A stretch of DNA of 64,000 nucleotides from Gracilinanus agilis (lineage: Eukaryota): NCBI RefSeq assembly GCF_016433145.1, contig NC_058134.1, positions 282,965,070 to 283,029,069 on the forward strand, written 5' to 3'. This document shows, in pieces, positions 49,821 through 62,039 of this stretch. Numbering within the stretch: position 1 is the stretch's first letter; each line of letters starts with the position of its first letter. The position numbers and the translations under genes are program-made. The notes under the pieces are model-generated. The model ran no database searches, was not told the origin of the DNA, and worked only from the letters and a program-made list of their open reading frames with translations.

Positions 49821-50359
49821 CTAGATTCCTTCAGGCACATCAAGCCCGGAGTGAGTCAGCAGCTGTCCATCCCAAAGGGCAAAAGCAGGCACCACTGGGC
49901 CCTGGAACTCTGTCCTTAAGGTACACACCACAGCAATCCGGCCGATATCCACCAGGCTCAGTCTCTGGGCCTCATAATCCAGCAGCAGCCCCACCTTCTC
50001 TGGATGGCCAATGCCAGTTATGGGGAAACTCTCTTTGGCCAACATGGCATGCCACTTTTGGTGGGCATAGGCGAAGACCCAGGAGTGATTATCCACTCCA
50101 ATACAGCCATCCCGGGGTATGTCTACATCTGCCACGCCTATGCGGAAATGCTTAGATTTCTTGACAGTTACCTCCCAATAGTGCTGGCCAGTGGTGACTT
50201 TGGTGTCACCTAGCACCACAGCCCAGTCCCGAAAACGTTCCACGTTGAGGGCCACTTTGGTGGGCTCCAGCCCCACCAGGCCATACTTCACACCTGTCTC
50301 CTCCTTGAAGAGTGCAAGGCTGGAATGAGCTGTCTTCTCTTCTAGCTTGAAACTGATGG
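49821..50359 (-). CDS. SPRYD4: SPRYD4 exon 2 (SPRY/B30.2 domain)
   Basis: ttctgcag|CC ATC AGT TTC AAG CTA GAA GAG AAG: AISFKLEEKTAHSSLALF...GVKYGLVGLEPTKVALNVERFRDWAVVL...HYWEVTV...THSGLDVPEGI*. Confidence 0.98.
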
Positions 50360-50429
50360 CTGCAGAACAGACCAGAGAAAAGCAATGAAAAGGCTGAGGC
50401 TGGGATAAGGGCTATGAGGTCCAGGAGAG

Positions 50430-51330
50430 GTGGTGCTCCCCAGAGGAGCATTGGGGGAAGGAAGGGGTGACATCGGGGAGTCTGAGTCACGGCTGGGTAA
50501 CTGGTGGGGTCTGGATCCTCGCGAGGAGGGGAGCCCCCCAAAACGAGTTTCACGTCGTTCATCTCCCCAGGTCTTCCAACAGTTGCAGAAATACACGCAT
50601 AACCTCGCCGTACGGAGGGGACCCGGGGTGACCTGCTCAGGAGGGGAAAAGGGTGATCAAGTGATCAAGGGCAGATCGAGGTTGGGGTGAGGGTGGGGGG
50701 TCCGGAATAGGGGGGGAGCGTGGACTCGGGGAAAGGCAGGAGGCCTGGCGGGGCCCAGTAGAAAAGTCCTACCTCTCCGACTGGGGGTACCCGCGGCCCC
50801 CAACCACACAGCTTCTCGGCGTAGTACACGCGTTAAGGGTAGCGCCATCTTGCGCTCCTGCTATTAGGTAACGCCCCTCACGCCGGAGCTCCGCCATCTC
50901 CGCGGCCCCGCACTGTGAACACGTGACTCGGTCTGCGGCGTATCATGGCAGCAGCTGATTCGTCCCGGACTGGCATGAGGAGGTGACTAGGGTGTCCCAT
51001 CCCGGCTGGGATAGGCTCCTGTGGTGGGATTTTACCTTTTCTGGCCTGGAGTGGTCGTACGTGCGTGCGACCTCGCTTCCTTTCTACAGCGCTGTCGGAA
51101 GCCATTCGCCCAGGACCATCCTGAATGAGGTGATGTTGGCAGGGTTCAGCCGTCTTCCGGCGGGTCCGCCCACTGGATCTCTGGTCGAATTTGAATCCAA
51201 TTGGCTCCAGCCCGGGCACTATACGCTGTGCCACCTTGCTGCCCCCCGTTTTATTCCTATTTCATAGAGGAAACTGAAGCCCAGAGAAGGAAAAAGACCC
51301 GGGTCACCAGGGTCAGAGCCGGGAGAGATC
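50430..51330. promoter_or_regulatory. SPRYD4: CpG island / SPRYD4 (probably bidirectional) promoter
   Basis: High CpG. YY1-type CGCCATCT at the start codon and at 50891-50899, CACGTGAC E-box (USF/TFE class) at 50920-50927, ETS cores at ~51096 and ~51153. Confidence 0.88.
50773..50848 (-). CDS. SPRYD4: SPRYD4 exon 1 CDS (presequence-like); total protein 204 aa
   Basis: MALPLTRVLRREAVWLGAAGTPSRR(G)|gtagga; phase 1 matches exon 2; strong Kozak aagATGG. Confidence 0.95.
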
Positions 51331-52259
51331 TGGATAGGACAGTGTTTGTTATTGAGTCATTTTTCAGTAGCTCCCACTCTCTTCGTGACCCCATTTGGGG
51401 TTTTCTTGACAGAGATCCTGAAGTGGTTTGCCATTTCCTTTTCTGTAAATGTAAATGCTTTCAGCAAATTATGGCCTCTGACCGGCGAGGGTGGAGGTTT
51501 GTGAGCAATATTTAAGAGTGTGGATTCACAGAGTACCTTATGCCTGGTGATCCCCCAGAAGACCCAACAATCAACTCTGAGTTGGGAGAAGAATAGCCCT
51601 GAGGAGGCACTATATAAGCTTAGACAACTAAAAAATAAAGTTCCGGAAGGCCTCAAATGCAGGTAGAGAGGGATTAAATTGTAGGTAAAACCCGTGGAGT
51701 ATAGTGTCCTAATTTTCTAGGACTAGTGTGTATAAGCACTGGAGGGCTTGTTGTTGGGGGATGAACTAAGAAATCCTGTGTGCCCCCTTAGTCATACCAC
51801 ATATCCTGAAATGGACATTTCTAGCCTTGGAGTCAATCTTGTATGAATTGTGAAGTCAAGTGCTCCTGGGGCCCTCCCAGCTGCTTGTATTGTTTATGAT
51901 AAGAGATACAACCCACTCCAGGGCTTCCTGGAGGAGAAGACAATCATCAACAAACAAGAGCAGGACTCCTAGCCTAGCTTGCAATGCTGAGCCAAATGAA
52001 GGTGAGCCCTACAAAATGGCTCATAGTTTGATGTTTTAAGTATTAATTGGGAGATTCTAACAGTTTAATGTTCAGCCTTTCTTTTGGATAAAGAAAATAA
52101 TATTTGTCCTATACCTTATCTATATTATCGATGAAGTATCTTTCTACTCCCTTTTGGGGAAACCTATGACATAAACTAAATCTATAAGCTTTCAATTATT
52201 TTTCCCAGCGTTCTGGGATGGGAGGTATCAAGAGCTAGATTTCAAGAAAAAGAGCTCAC

Positions 52260-52680
52260 TTTACCACCACTCCACCAATTCCCTCAAGCTCAGTGAGCTC
52301 CAGTAGCTACTTGTTTCTCCCTGGACAAAATATAAAATCTCTGGCATTTAGAACCCTTCATAACCTGGTTCCTTCCTCCCATTCCAGGCTTCTTACACAC
52401 TTGACTCCTCTTCAAACACTCTATGAACCAGCTTCCTGTCAGCTCCTCTGGCACATGCCGTTCCTCTTGCCTAGAATACTTTTTGCCATTACCTCAACCA
52501 CATAATTTTCCTAGCTTATTTCAACCCACCTCAAGCAATACCTCCTCCAAGAGACTCCCAAGTCATAGAGGTAGTGCCTTCTTTCAGATTACCTTCCATC
52601 CATTCTGTTTCGTTTTGTCTTGCCTTTATAACTTTATAACTCCATCACTTATCATAGTTTATAACACATTCTAGTGACTG
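52260..52680 (+). mobile_element. L2 3' region fragment
   Basis: Typical L2 text (ctctggcatttagaacccttcataacctg...). Confidence 0.65.
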
Positions 52681-52849
52681 ACTGACCCATCTTTAAGAAT
52701 CAGGTTTCCCAAATTTTGTTATATGATGGTGATGGAATACTATTGTGCTATAAGAAATGATGAGCAGAATGATTTCAGAAAAAAAAAACAGATCTACATG
52801 AACTGATGCAGAGTGAAATAAACAGAACCAGGAGAACATTGTACATGGT

Positions 52850-53961
52850 TGTGGGGGCCTTCAAACCCTATCCTGAACGACAAGGTCTCGGATGGGAGCC
52901 TAGAACCGCAGATTGGATTTTAGGGAGGATGGTCACCCCTATTCAAGATTCCCCCATGTGACTCTTCTCTTATTAACACTCCTTATTACTGGAATTATTG
53001 TAATCAATATCCCTACTCAGCCCCAGGGAAATATAGAAGAATAGTAAAGACTATTATTAGAACCCTTACAGGCCCCCTACATACTCCTAGGAAAGTCCCA
53101 CCTTTACATGTAATAATACAAAAATCCCCCTAAAATCACTTCATAACAAACCAGCAGATAGTGAATTAATGTTAAAGATTTAAAAACCCTAACTTAGATC
53201 TCCCACTCCCATACACAGGCGCCTGCAAAAACAGGCCAGAACAGTCTCCAAGTTTTCCCCACTCCCTGATCTCTGATCCAAATGTTAACACAAGAAAAGG
53301 ACAATGGATGAAATATGGGAACTTACTTTTCTGGAAAAGCAAGTACACCTCTCCCTACTGCATTGTTTTGATAACCCTACAGTCTAGCCAAAACTTCAAC
53401 TCACCTTTGAAAAATATTGAAAAATGAAAGACTGGTATTGAAACAATATTTGGACCCGGTTAGTATTATTGTATCTTTTGAAATCTGCTAGTGTACTGAA
53501 TCACTGCTTGATTAATTATGTAAGAGCAAAGAATAATCATCCCTGACTAGATTGGTCAAAATGTAACTATTGTATTAAACTGTAATGCATGAATTGCACC
53601 TCATGAATGGACGGAAAGTACAATTCCAGCCCAGTTACTCCATGATGAACATTTCTTGCCAAGCTTTTGCATCCTTTGTATAACCAAAGAAAATAGAATA
53701 ATTAAGAAATGTCAGTCAAATGATTTTGTAATTCAGTAGAAGTTACTGTATGACTTAATTCATTATCTCTAAGAAAAGATGTGTGGCGAGAATGAAAATC
53801 ATGGCAACATATATGTAATCTTGAAGAAAAAAAGGCTGACCAGAGCAGTCTTCATGAAGCCTGCCTGGCTCTGGCTGAACCCTGACTGTTCTCATTCGTC
53901 TTAGTCACCCATACCATCCCACTTCCTAGATACCTGGACCTGTGGGAGTTTGACTCCTGCA
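52850..53961 (+). mobile_element. Solo LTR (1112 bp) inserted in an L1 3' fragment (52715-52849, 53962-54150)
   Basis: TG...CA ends (tgtggggg...ctcctgca); L1 sequence resumes across it; degenerate TSD catggt/tatgat. Confidence 0.8.
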
Positions 53962-55176
53962 TATGATAACAGCAATATTGTACAGTGATTAATTGTGAAT
54001 GATTTAGCTAGTCTCAGCAATACAATATTCTGGGACAATTCTGAAGGACTTATGACAAAGAATGCTAACTCCCTCCAGAGAAAGAACTCTTGGAATCAGA
54101 TACAGATCAAAGAAGACTATCATTCACATTAGTTTATTTATGGTTTTATTATACCTATAAGAACCCCTGTCTTCCTTCAAAGCTCTGATCAAGTGCCAAC
54201 TTCAGGAGTCCTTTCCTCAATTATACATGCTTGTTGATTGATTCAGGTAGGATGTGATGAAGAGCTTAGATTAGGTTGGTGGCAGTGGGAAGATATGAAA
54301 GTGAAAGAGACATAAATAAAAAATCAAAAGAATTAAACATAAGAGATGAGACTTTAATAACAACAATAATAATTGGCATGTTGTAGTGTTTTAAACTTTT
54401 AAAATTACTTCTTTACTCTGGGTTCCAATCTGACCTCAGATACTTCCTAGCTGTGACCCTGGGCATGTCACTTGACTCCAGTTGCCTAGCCCTTACCACT
54501 CTTCTGCCTTGGAACCAGTACTTAGTATTGATTCTAAGAGGGAAGGGAAGGATTTTCTTTTTAAGTGATTTACTTATGAATTAGAGCACGTGAGAGGCTA
54601 GGGGTGCCCTTTGATGCTAGTCTCTAGGCAGTGACAGAAGGTACACCACATCACGTACCTATCTCCTTGTTAATGTAGTAAGGCAGAAATCTAGTAAGAG
54701 ATAACAGTATAAAGCAGATAGGAGGCATTCTGGATGGAACCTGTCAACACCCTGCCTACAGCAGGTGAATGCTTCTTTTGTGGAACCACATTAAAATATA
54801 GGAAGATACATAAATAGAGGGAACAAGGGGATAGAGAAGAGTGAGTGACTTGCAGGGGTCAAATCAAGGTCTAGCAACAAGGGGAAGATGACCGCTGTAG
54901 TCTCAGAAAGAGAAGAACCTACAGGGGAGTGGGGAAGAGAATGAAAGAAGATTGAAAAGCGTTGTGGTAAGGATTGAGGCCTTACTTTGGAAGATGACAC
55001 TTCACTAGATAAAGCCTGGAGGGATGTGGCACTTGGAAAGTTTACTTTTCCTTGGAGGGGAGTAGTTGGAACCCCTGGGGGCACCTGGAACCTGGTGGAG
55101 TAGGATAGCTTAGACATAGGCAGAAATTTTTACAGGAAAATGTAAGAAAAAGGTCAACAAGAGAGAGTATATAGAT

Positions 55177-55452
55177 CAGTGATGACAAACTTTTAGAAAC
55201 TGAGTGCTATGCTCTGCCCCCTCCCTCAACTCACCCTTACCCCTTCCCCACACAGGAGAGGGAGGAAGTGCTCCCATTGAGCTGCTGGGCAGAGGGGTAG
55301 ATCATGTGAGAAAAGTCCTCAGGCATTTGTGGAGAGGGGGAAGGGAGCAGCTCTGCCCCAAGTCTCTTTGGATTTCTAGTAAGGAACTCTGGCAAGTAAC
55401 AGTGGGCATGCTCACAGAGATGGCTCTGTGTTCCATAGGTTCGCCACCATAG
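55177..55452. mobile_element. Probable hAT MITE
   Basis: Ends cagtgatgacaaac / ggttcgccaccatag resemble the TIR of the 17827 element; no clean TSD. Confidence 0.6.
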
Positions 55453-55914
55453 GTATTAAGTAATGTGGGCAACATAATCGGAAAGAGGAGGGGGGTGTCC
55501 CTACCATGGACCAGTGTCCTCTCTGATACCTGCAATAGTTGGCATTTTTCTGAAAGTGAGGCACAATGGAAGGCAATAGCAGAAAGCATCTTAAGGGGAG
55601 AGCCTAGAATGGATACCTTGGAAGTTTTGAAGAATACAGAGAGACCAGATAATTGTAGGGGTCATGAGTCAGAGAATAAGGGTCTGGAGCAATCAGAAGG
55701 AAAAGATAAATAATGAAAAAAAGTGAGTGATATCCTTTTTGGAAAGGGGTGGAGACATTTTTTTTTTAATTAAAAGGAATAGATTTGACTTAAAGAGAAA
55801 AGAGGAAGAAGGAATCTTCAATGAAGGAATTCTTCAAAAATTCAAAAAATCCTTCAAAGAAGGAATCTCAAATGAAAAGATTAAAGGGAAGAGGAAAAGA
55901 GTCAGTAGGAACAG

Positions 55915-56530
55915 GGCCATTTTTTTTTTAAGTTTATTTATTTATTTAAGAGTATTTTTCCATAGTTACATGAATCGTGTTTTTTCCCTCCCCTCCTCTC
56001 ACCCCCCTCCCATAAAAAACAAATTTCCACTGGGTTTTACATGTGTCATTGATCAAGATCTATTTCCAAATTATTAATATTTGCACTAGGGTGATAGTGT
56101 AAGAATCTACACCCCAGACTCGAAATGACCACACCAATGCAACTATCAATGATATGTAAATAAGTCTTGATTGATGACATCTATTAAAACCAGTGGAAAT
56201 GCTCATTGGCTATGGGGGGTGGAGTGTAAATGGGGGGTTGAAGGGGAAAGTAAAAACATGAATCATATAACCATGGAAAATTTTTCTAAAAAAACAAAAT
56301 ATTTAAATATTAAAAATAAAATAAAATTCATTGATACTTAAAAAAAAGAATCTACATCTGCAATCATATCCCCATCAAACCATGTGATTAAGACATTGTT
56401 TTTCTTCTGTATTTCTGCTCCCACAGTTGTTCCTCTGATGTGGATAGTGTTCTTTCTCATAAGTCCCTCAGAATTGTCCTATATAATTGCATTGCTGCTA
56501 GTAGAGAAGTCTATTATATTTGATTGTGAA
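55915..56530. mobile_element. Antisense L1 3' end containing a nested sense L1 3' end (56112-56345)
   Basis: Inner TSD aagaatctaca (56101-56111 / 56346-56356). Confidence 0.85.
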
Positions 56531-57449
56531 GGACCACATTTAAAAAAAAAAAAAGGTTAAAGAACCTGAAGGAACATAATACTGTGTCTATAGAAAAAGA
56601 GAGACCTTGAAACTGAAAAGTTGCACAGACAACATTAATGCATCTGGGATAAGAAGAGAAGTGGTTCAATGGGGGAGAAATATATATCAAATTTCAATGA
56701 TGAGACTTTGTATCTAAGATATATAAATAAGATGTGAGAAAATATATGTATGAGAATAATAACCATTCTCTAATAGATAAAGGATATGAATAGTTCTCAA
56801 AAGAAACAGAAAATATTCATAATCACATTAAAAATGCTTCTAATCACTAAGAATAAGAGAAATGTAAATCAAAATAACCCTAAGGTTTTACCTTAGGCAT
56901 ATTGGAAAAAAATTTACAAAATATGTCAACAATACTGACAACTAGATTGCACAGTAGATGCCAGTCCTGGAGTCTAAGAAATGTGAAAATGATATAAATA
57001 TTTTGGAAATCAATTTGGAATTATGCAAATAAATTACTAAAATGTCCATATCCTTTGAACCAGAGATTCCATTAAGGAACTTATACCCCAAAGAAGAAAA
57101 AAATCCCCATGTGCTCCAGAATATAGGAGCACTTTTTGGGATAGTTAAGAATTGAAAGCAAAGAAGATGCCCATTCATTGGGGAATAGCAAAACAAATTG
57201 CTGTAAATGAATATAATGGAATACTACTATGCAGAAAGCTTTGATGAATGCAAAGAATCATGGAAAGATCTATGGGACCTGATAAGTAAGCAGAGCCAAG
57301 AAAACAATATGTACCAATGACTACAACAATGTAAGGGGAAAGAATAATGACACCAAAAAATCAAAAGTGAATGTAATAAAATTATAAAGATGAAAATGGG
57401 AGTAAAAAATAGAGATATGAGAAGACACCCCTCCAATTCCTCTGTGTAG

Positions 57450-58291
57450 TGTTGTGAGGGTTATTTAGCAATTAATTTAATATTAGTGTTGGACCTAGCA
57501 GGAAGGGCTGGAGGATTCCAAGTTGGAATGAAGGAGCAGGAAGTGGAGCTTGGACTCTGAGAGAGACTCCATTAGTGGTTGGGGACATAACTGTTGCTAA
57601 CCCTGGGAGATCTTAGAGTTAGGGAAAAAACTGCATCCAGATTCCCTGGGATCCTGAGAGGTGGAGGCTTTCAGCAGTAGACAACAGACCTACAGAGCAG
57701 CACCAAGTGGGGAAGTGGTTTGTGATCTGGTGGACAGCATTTCAAACTCACTCTCCCTACCTGGGTACCTTGGATCACCTGGTGGAGTTGGCTCTTGGCA
57801 TCCTGCGACCATCCTTGTATTTACCGTGAGACCCCAGTTGAAAGCCATCCTCAGGCCCTTTAGCTGAGCTGATCAAACCTGGCTGGAACCAGGTTTGGAG
57901 GAGCTTTCCCTGTGACTTCAGTACTGCTTCCTTTGGGCCCTACCTGGCTTAGGTCAATAGAATAGTGTAGTCAAGTCCTTCCCTGCCCCCTGTGGTTTGC
58001 CCTTAGGTTGTAAGTATAGAATTCCTTATTCCCATCCTTATTATTATTTCCCTCAATTAAACTGTTATATACTTTTACCTTTTGCCTGCTGGTTCCATAG
58101 ACCCTAGCCTAGGTGGGCTGAATGACTGTTGGGCCCAACTGTCATTCCTGTGACAATTAAAAGCTTGGCAGTAAACCCTGGTCTCCCTATCCTGATTGGT
58201 CTTGTCTCTCCTTCAACCCAGTGTGAACCCACAAAACATTTAGTTAAATTTTAATAATAATAGTTAACATCCCTGGTGCCTCACCATTACA
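57450..58291. mobile_element. Solo LTR (842 bp) inserted in an old L1 3' fragment (56780-57449, 58292-58320)
   Basis: tgttgtgagg...cctcaccattaca; exact 4-bp TSD gtag (57446-57449 / 58292-58295). Confidence 0.85.
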
Positions 58292-60226
58292 GTAGGTAGG
58301 AGTCTCATAGGTGCTATGCATTGCATATTTTTCTTTTTTAATAATATTTTTCCCCAATTACATGTAGAAATAATTTTTAACATTTTATTTTTTTTTAATT
58401 TTCAGTTCCAAATTCTCACTCACTCCCACTCTCACTTCTCTCCTCCTAATCCAAGATGGTAGACAATCTGATATAGATTTTACATGATATTGCACATTTT
58501 TTTAAAACTTTTTCAATGTATGATCAGTTGTGCTGACCTTTTTTCTCTCCAAAAAAAAAATACAAATTTTCATATGAAATAGCTCTCTGGGAAGAGGAGT
58601 AGGGATCCCTAGCATACTATGCTGGAATAAGAAATATAAATACAAATGTATTAAAAACAGAAAAATAATCTTAATCTTTCAGACCCCCCCCCAAAAGAGT
58701 CTCAGCCTCACCTCACCTCCACCTACCCCACCAGGATCCTGTACACGGACCACACTTCAAGAACTGCTGAAAGACTTGTTATTCTTAATTCCAAGTGACT
58801 GGTGGAAGCATGGGGCATTATGAATAGGCCTTGCTTCTGACCATATGTGACTCATTGATGATTGGCTTACATTGTTCGATGACAAAGAGTCCCCTTTTTT
58901 GCTGTGGAGCCCAGATAAATTGGTGATTCAGTGGATATAATAGAGGGAACAAACACGTTTAGAAAAATTTCCCATTGGGCATTTCCACATAGACATCTGA
59001 GTTATCTCAAACTTACATAATGATGCCCACATAAAATGAGGCCCCATGTGAAGTGAGGGCTGTCCCCTCACATGTGTCATGAAGCTGTCATTATGTGGCT
59101 CAGAGGAAACAAGAATGAACATTTCTAGCCTCTTCCTTACCTACCCTTTTCCAAGGGATAATTTAATTCCTGCCAGAGTGGGAAGTAGGAAGATGATGGC
59201 CAGCGCCCACCACTCTGCTCTCATCAGAAAGAGGGAGGTATCCATCTATAATTATTATTATATCATTATGATCCCTCAAATATTACTAGTCTATGGGGTG
59301 TGATCAGGTTCAAGCTAACTTCTGGTCACTGTATCAACAATATTGGAAATTACGAAAGCTGGAACCCCTCTGAGAATGCTTCCAAATTAATCTTAAAATG
59401 TAAAAACACATTTTTAGGTTTAAGGGTGTATAAAATAGACAGCAGGCCATCTGGCACACAGGCCATAATTCACCAATCAATCCCTGAAAGAGAGGAACAG
59501 ACTTGTGATTTTGGGCAGCTAGGTGGTATAGTGGACTTGGAGACAGGGACTTGGAGTCAGGAAGACCTAAATTCAATTCTGATTCCAAATACTTAGTGAC
59601 CCTGAGCAAGTAATTCAGTCTCATTTGTAAAATGAGGATAATATTATTATTGTTGTTGTGAAAATTAAATGAGTTAAAATATATAAAACACTTTGTAAAC
59701 TTAAAAGAACTATATAATGCTAGCTATTTCTAAGAGGAACCTAAAAAGCCATTTAACCAAACTCCTTCCTTTGACAAATGAAGAAGTATGACCCATAAAA
59801 GAAAATTACTTGCCCAAGGTCACCTAACAGTACAGCTGGTATTTAAAGCTAGGTACCTGGACTCCAAATATGGCATCCTTCCCCATACCAAGTTGTCTTT
59901 TAAGAGTTTGATGCCTGAGGCAGTTTCCCAATCCTTGTGGCCAACCTGGTTGGTTGAGAGAATTGGGGATTATATAGATAGGAAATGAGAGTACTCTATG
60001 CTGATTCCTGTTCCTTTATGAAACCCAAGCTAAGAAAAATGGGGAATAAGGGCTCTTAGAGCTACAGGTTTTCCTTTTCTAATCATTCCAAACAATAAAA
60101 ATAAAATTGTCTAGATTTTACAACCGGTCAGCAAAAGTCCGAAGTTCTTTTGTGCAGACATTTGAAGCCATGTGGCCCTGTGCTTTTGAGAATACATCCA
60201 GCACCCATGGGATGGGTGGCTAGAGT

Positions 60227-61634
60227 ATGGTGCCACCTGGTGGGAAATGTTCTTATTACATTCCCTTGGTGGCTAATTCAAAAAGCGAGAAGCCACCCTT
60301 TCTGCAAGCTTGGAGGTCAAGTTCTGTTTTGGCTGCTTGTGCTTCTCCAATGTCCTTTTTTTTTTTTTTTTTTTTTTAAGATTTTTTTTTTAAACCCTTG
60401 TACTTAAGTTGTATTGTCTCATAGGTGGAAGATTGGTAAGGGCGGGCAATGGGGGTCAAGTGACTTGCCCAGGGTCACACAGCTGGGAAGTGACTAAGGC
60501 CGGGTTTGAACCTAGGACCTCCTGCCTCTAGGCCTGACTCTTACTCCACTGAGCTACCCAGCTGCCTCTCCAATGTCCTTTTGGCTACCCCATCAAGCGC
60601 ATTCACAGCGTACATCTGTGTCACTTGTTACAACATTGTTCATAATGTTCTTATTTTTACGCTTGAAAGCTATTCCAAAGATTAAAAAATGTCTTCCTGT
60701 TTCTCTACCTATTACTTTACACCACCAGCTTTCACAGCCATCATCTGGGAAAGCAACTCTTGTGGAGAAGAGGCTCACCATCTCCACCAACTTCCAACCA
60801 GCTGTCACTCTCAGAGCAGGCAAATCAGCGTGGGTGAAATAGCAAAGGGCCCTGAAGGGTGTCAAGGAAGTCAAACCACCATCACCACGTTGACCACCCT
60901 TTCCTCTTTGCCTATGATGGAAGTAGCCCCGAGACCAAGAGCCTTGGGAATAGCTGTGTCCCCCAAATCACCAAAAGTGCTTCCAGCCCGGGCCCTGAAA
61001 TCATCATCGAAGGGAAGATCATTGTAGAGAGAAGGCCCACCTTCCTCCTCACTACCAGCAACACCCATTGATTACCTGCAACTTAACAGCAGTTAGGAAT
61101 AAGAGTCTGGAAATGGTACTTTCCTGCCTTATCAGTCCTGCTTCAAGGCCTCACGACCCTTAAAAACTCCTATGGAGAAGAGATCAGCCATACCCATCAG
61201 CTGTCACTAACAGGGCTGGCAAGCCAGACTGGTTAAGGAAGAAAGAGAAGGTGGCATGTGCTAGTTGAGTTAAACCACCGCCATCCCCACCTTGACTACT
61301 ATCACCCGTCTCTCCCTAATGGAGGCAGCCCGGGACCCTGAACCCAAGGGCCTTGGGAATAGCAATGCTACTCAGTCTGGGTTACAGTCATCATCCTGAG
61401 AAGTGACCTCTGTTGAAATACAGCCTAGTCACTGCTGCTGCAGGGGCTCCAGCCCCATCAACTGAAGGCCCGGAAAAGAAAATGATTGTCACCAGAGTCA
61501 TTCTGCACTGCCAAATAGTTCAACCTCAGAAACAGATATTTTGTAAATGGACAAGATTAAAGAAGAAGCATTCCTATCTGTTTTGCTGTCCTGCTCTATG
61601 GCCTGTAGGATCTTTCCATCTGACTTGTAGCTGA
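60227..61634 (+). pseudogene. Unidentified decayed coding sequence with an internal ~0.4-kb repeat
   Basis: Removing the SINE restores a 130-codon ORF; repeat copies share AVTxRAGKxxW, VKPP and PRALGIA with mostly third-position changes; several in-frame stops and frameshifts. Confidence 0.5.
60360..60566 (-). mobile_element. Young SINE
   Basis: TSD tctccaatgtcctttt (60344-60359 / 60567-60582). Confidence 0.95.
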
Positions 61635-62039
61635 AACCTTCCATCCATGTTGTCTCTTAGAATGTGAACTCCTCAAGGGCAAGGAACTGATTTACTTTTC
61701 GATTTCTATCTCCAGTCCCTAGTACATCATGAGTGCTTTACTCATTCATTCATTTCTGTATTTTTGACAACTATTTCATATAAATTTTTATCTATAACTA
61801 TATATAGTAAGTCAATAACTCAAAAAAATCAAACAGGCAGGAATATATAGCAGATAAAAACAGTTAAAAAGATATATGCTTGTAATCAACACTAGTGCTA
61901 TCACAAAGTAACAAACCCAGAACCATGCCAACAACAATATCAATAATTTCACAATACACACCAATAATGAGTGTACAAAAAGTTGAGTGTAGCAATCCAG
62001 GTATACATTAATCGTGACATTATTTGAAGAAGTATTCAA

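Noticed and set aside
49745-50213. + strand ORFs antisense to SPRYD4 exon 2
   Set aside because: Shadow ORFs of the real minus-strand CDS.
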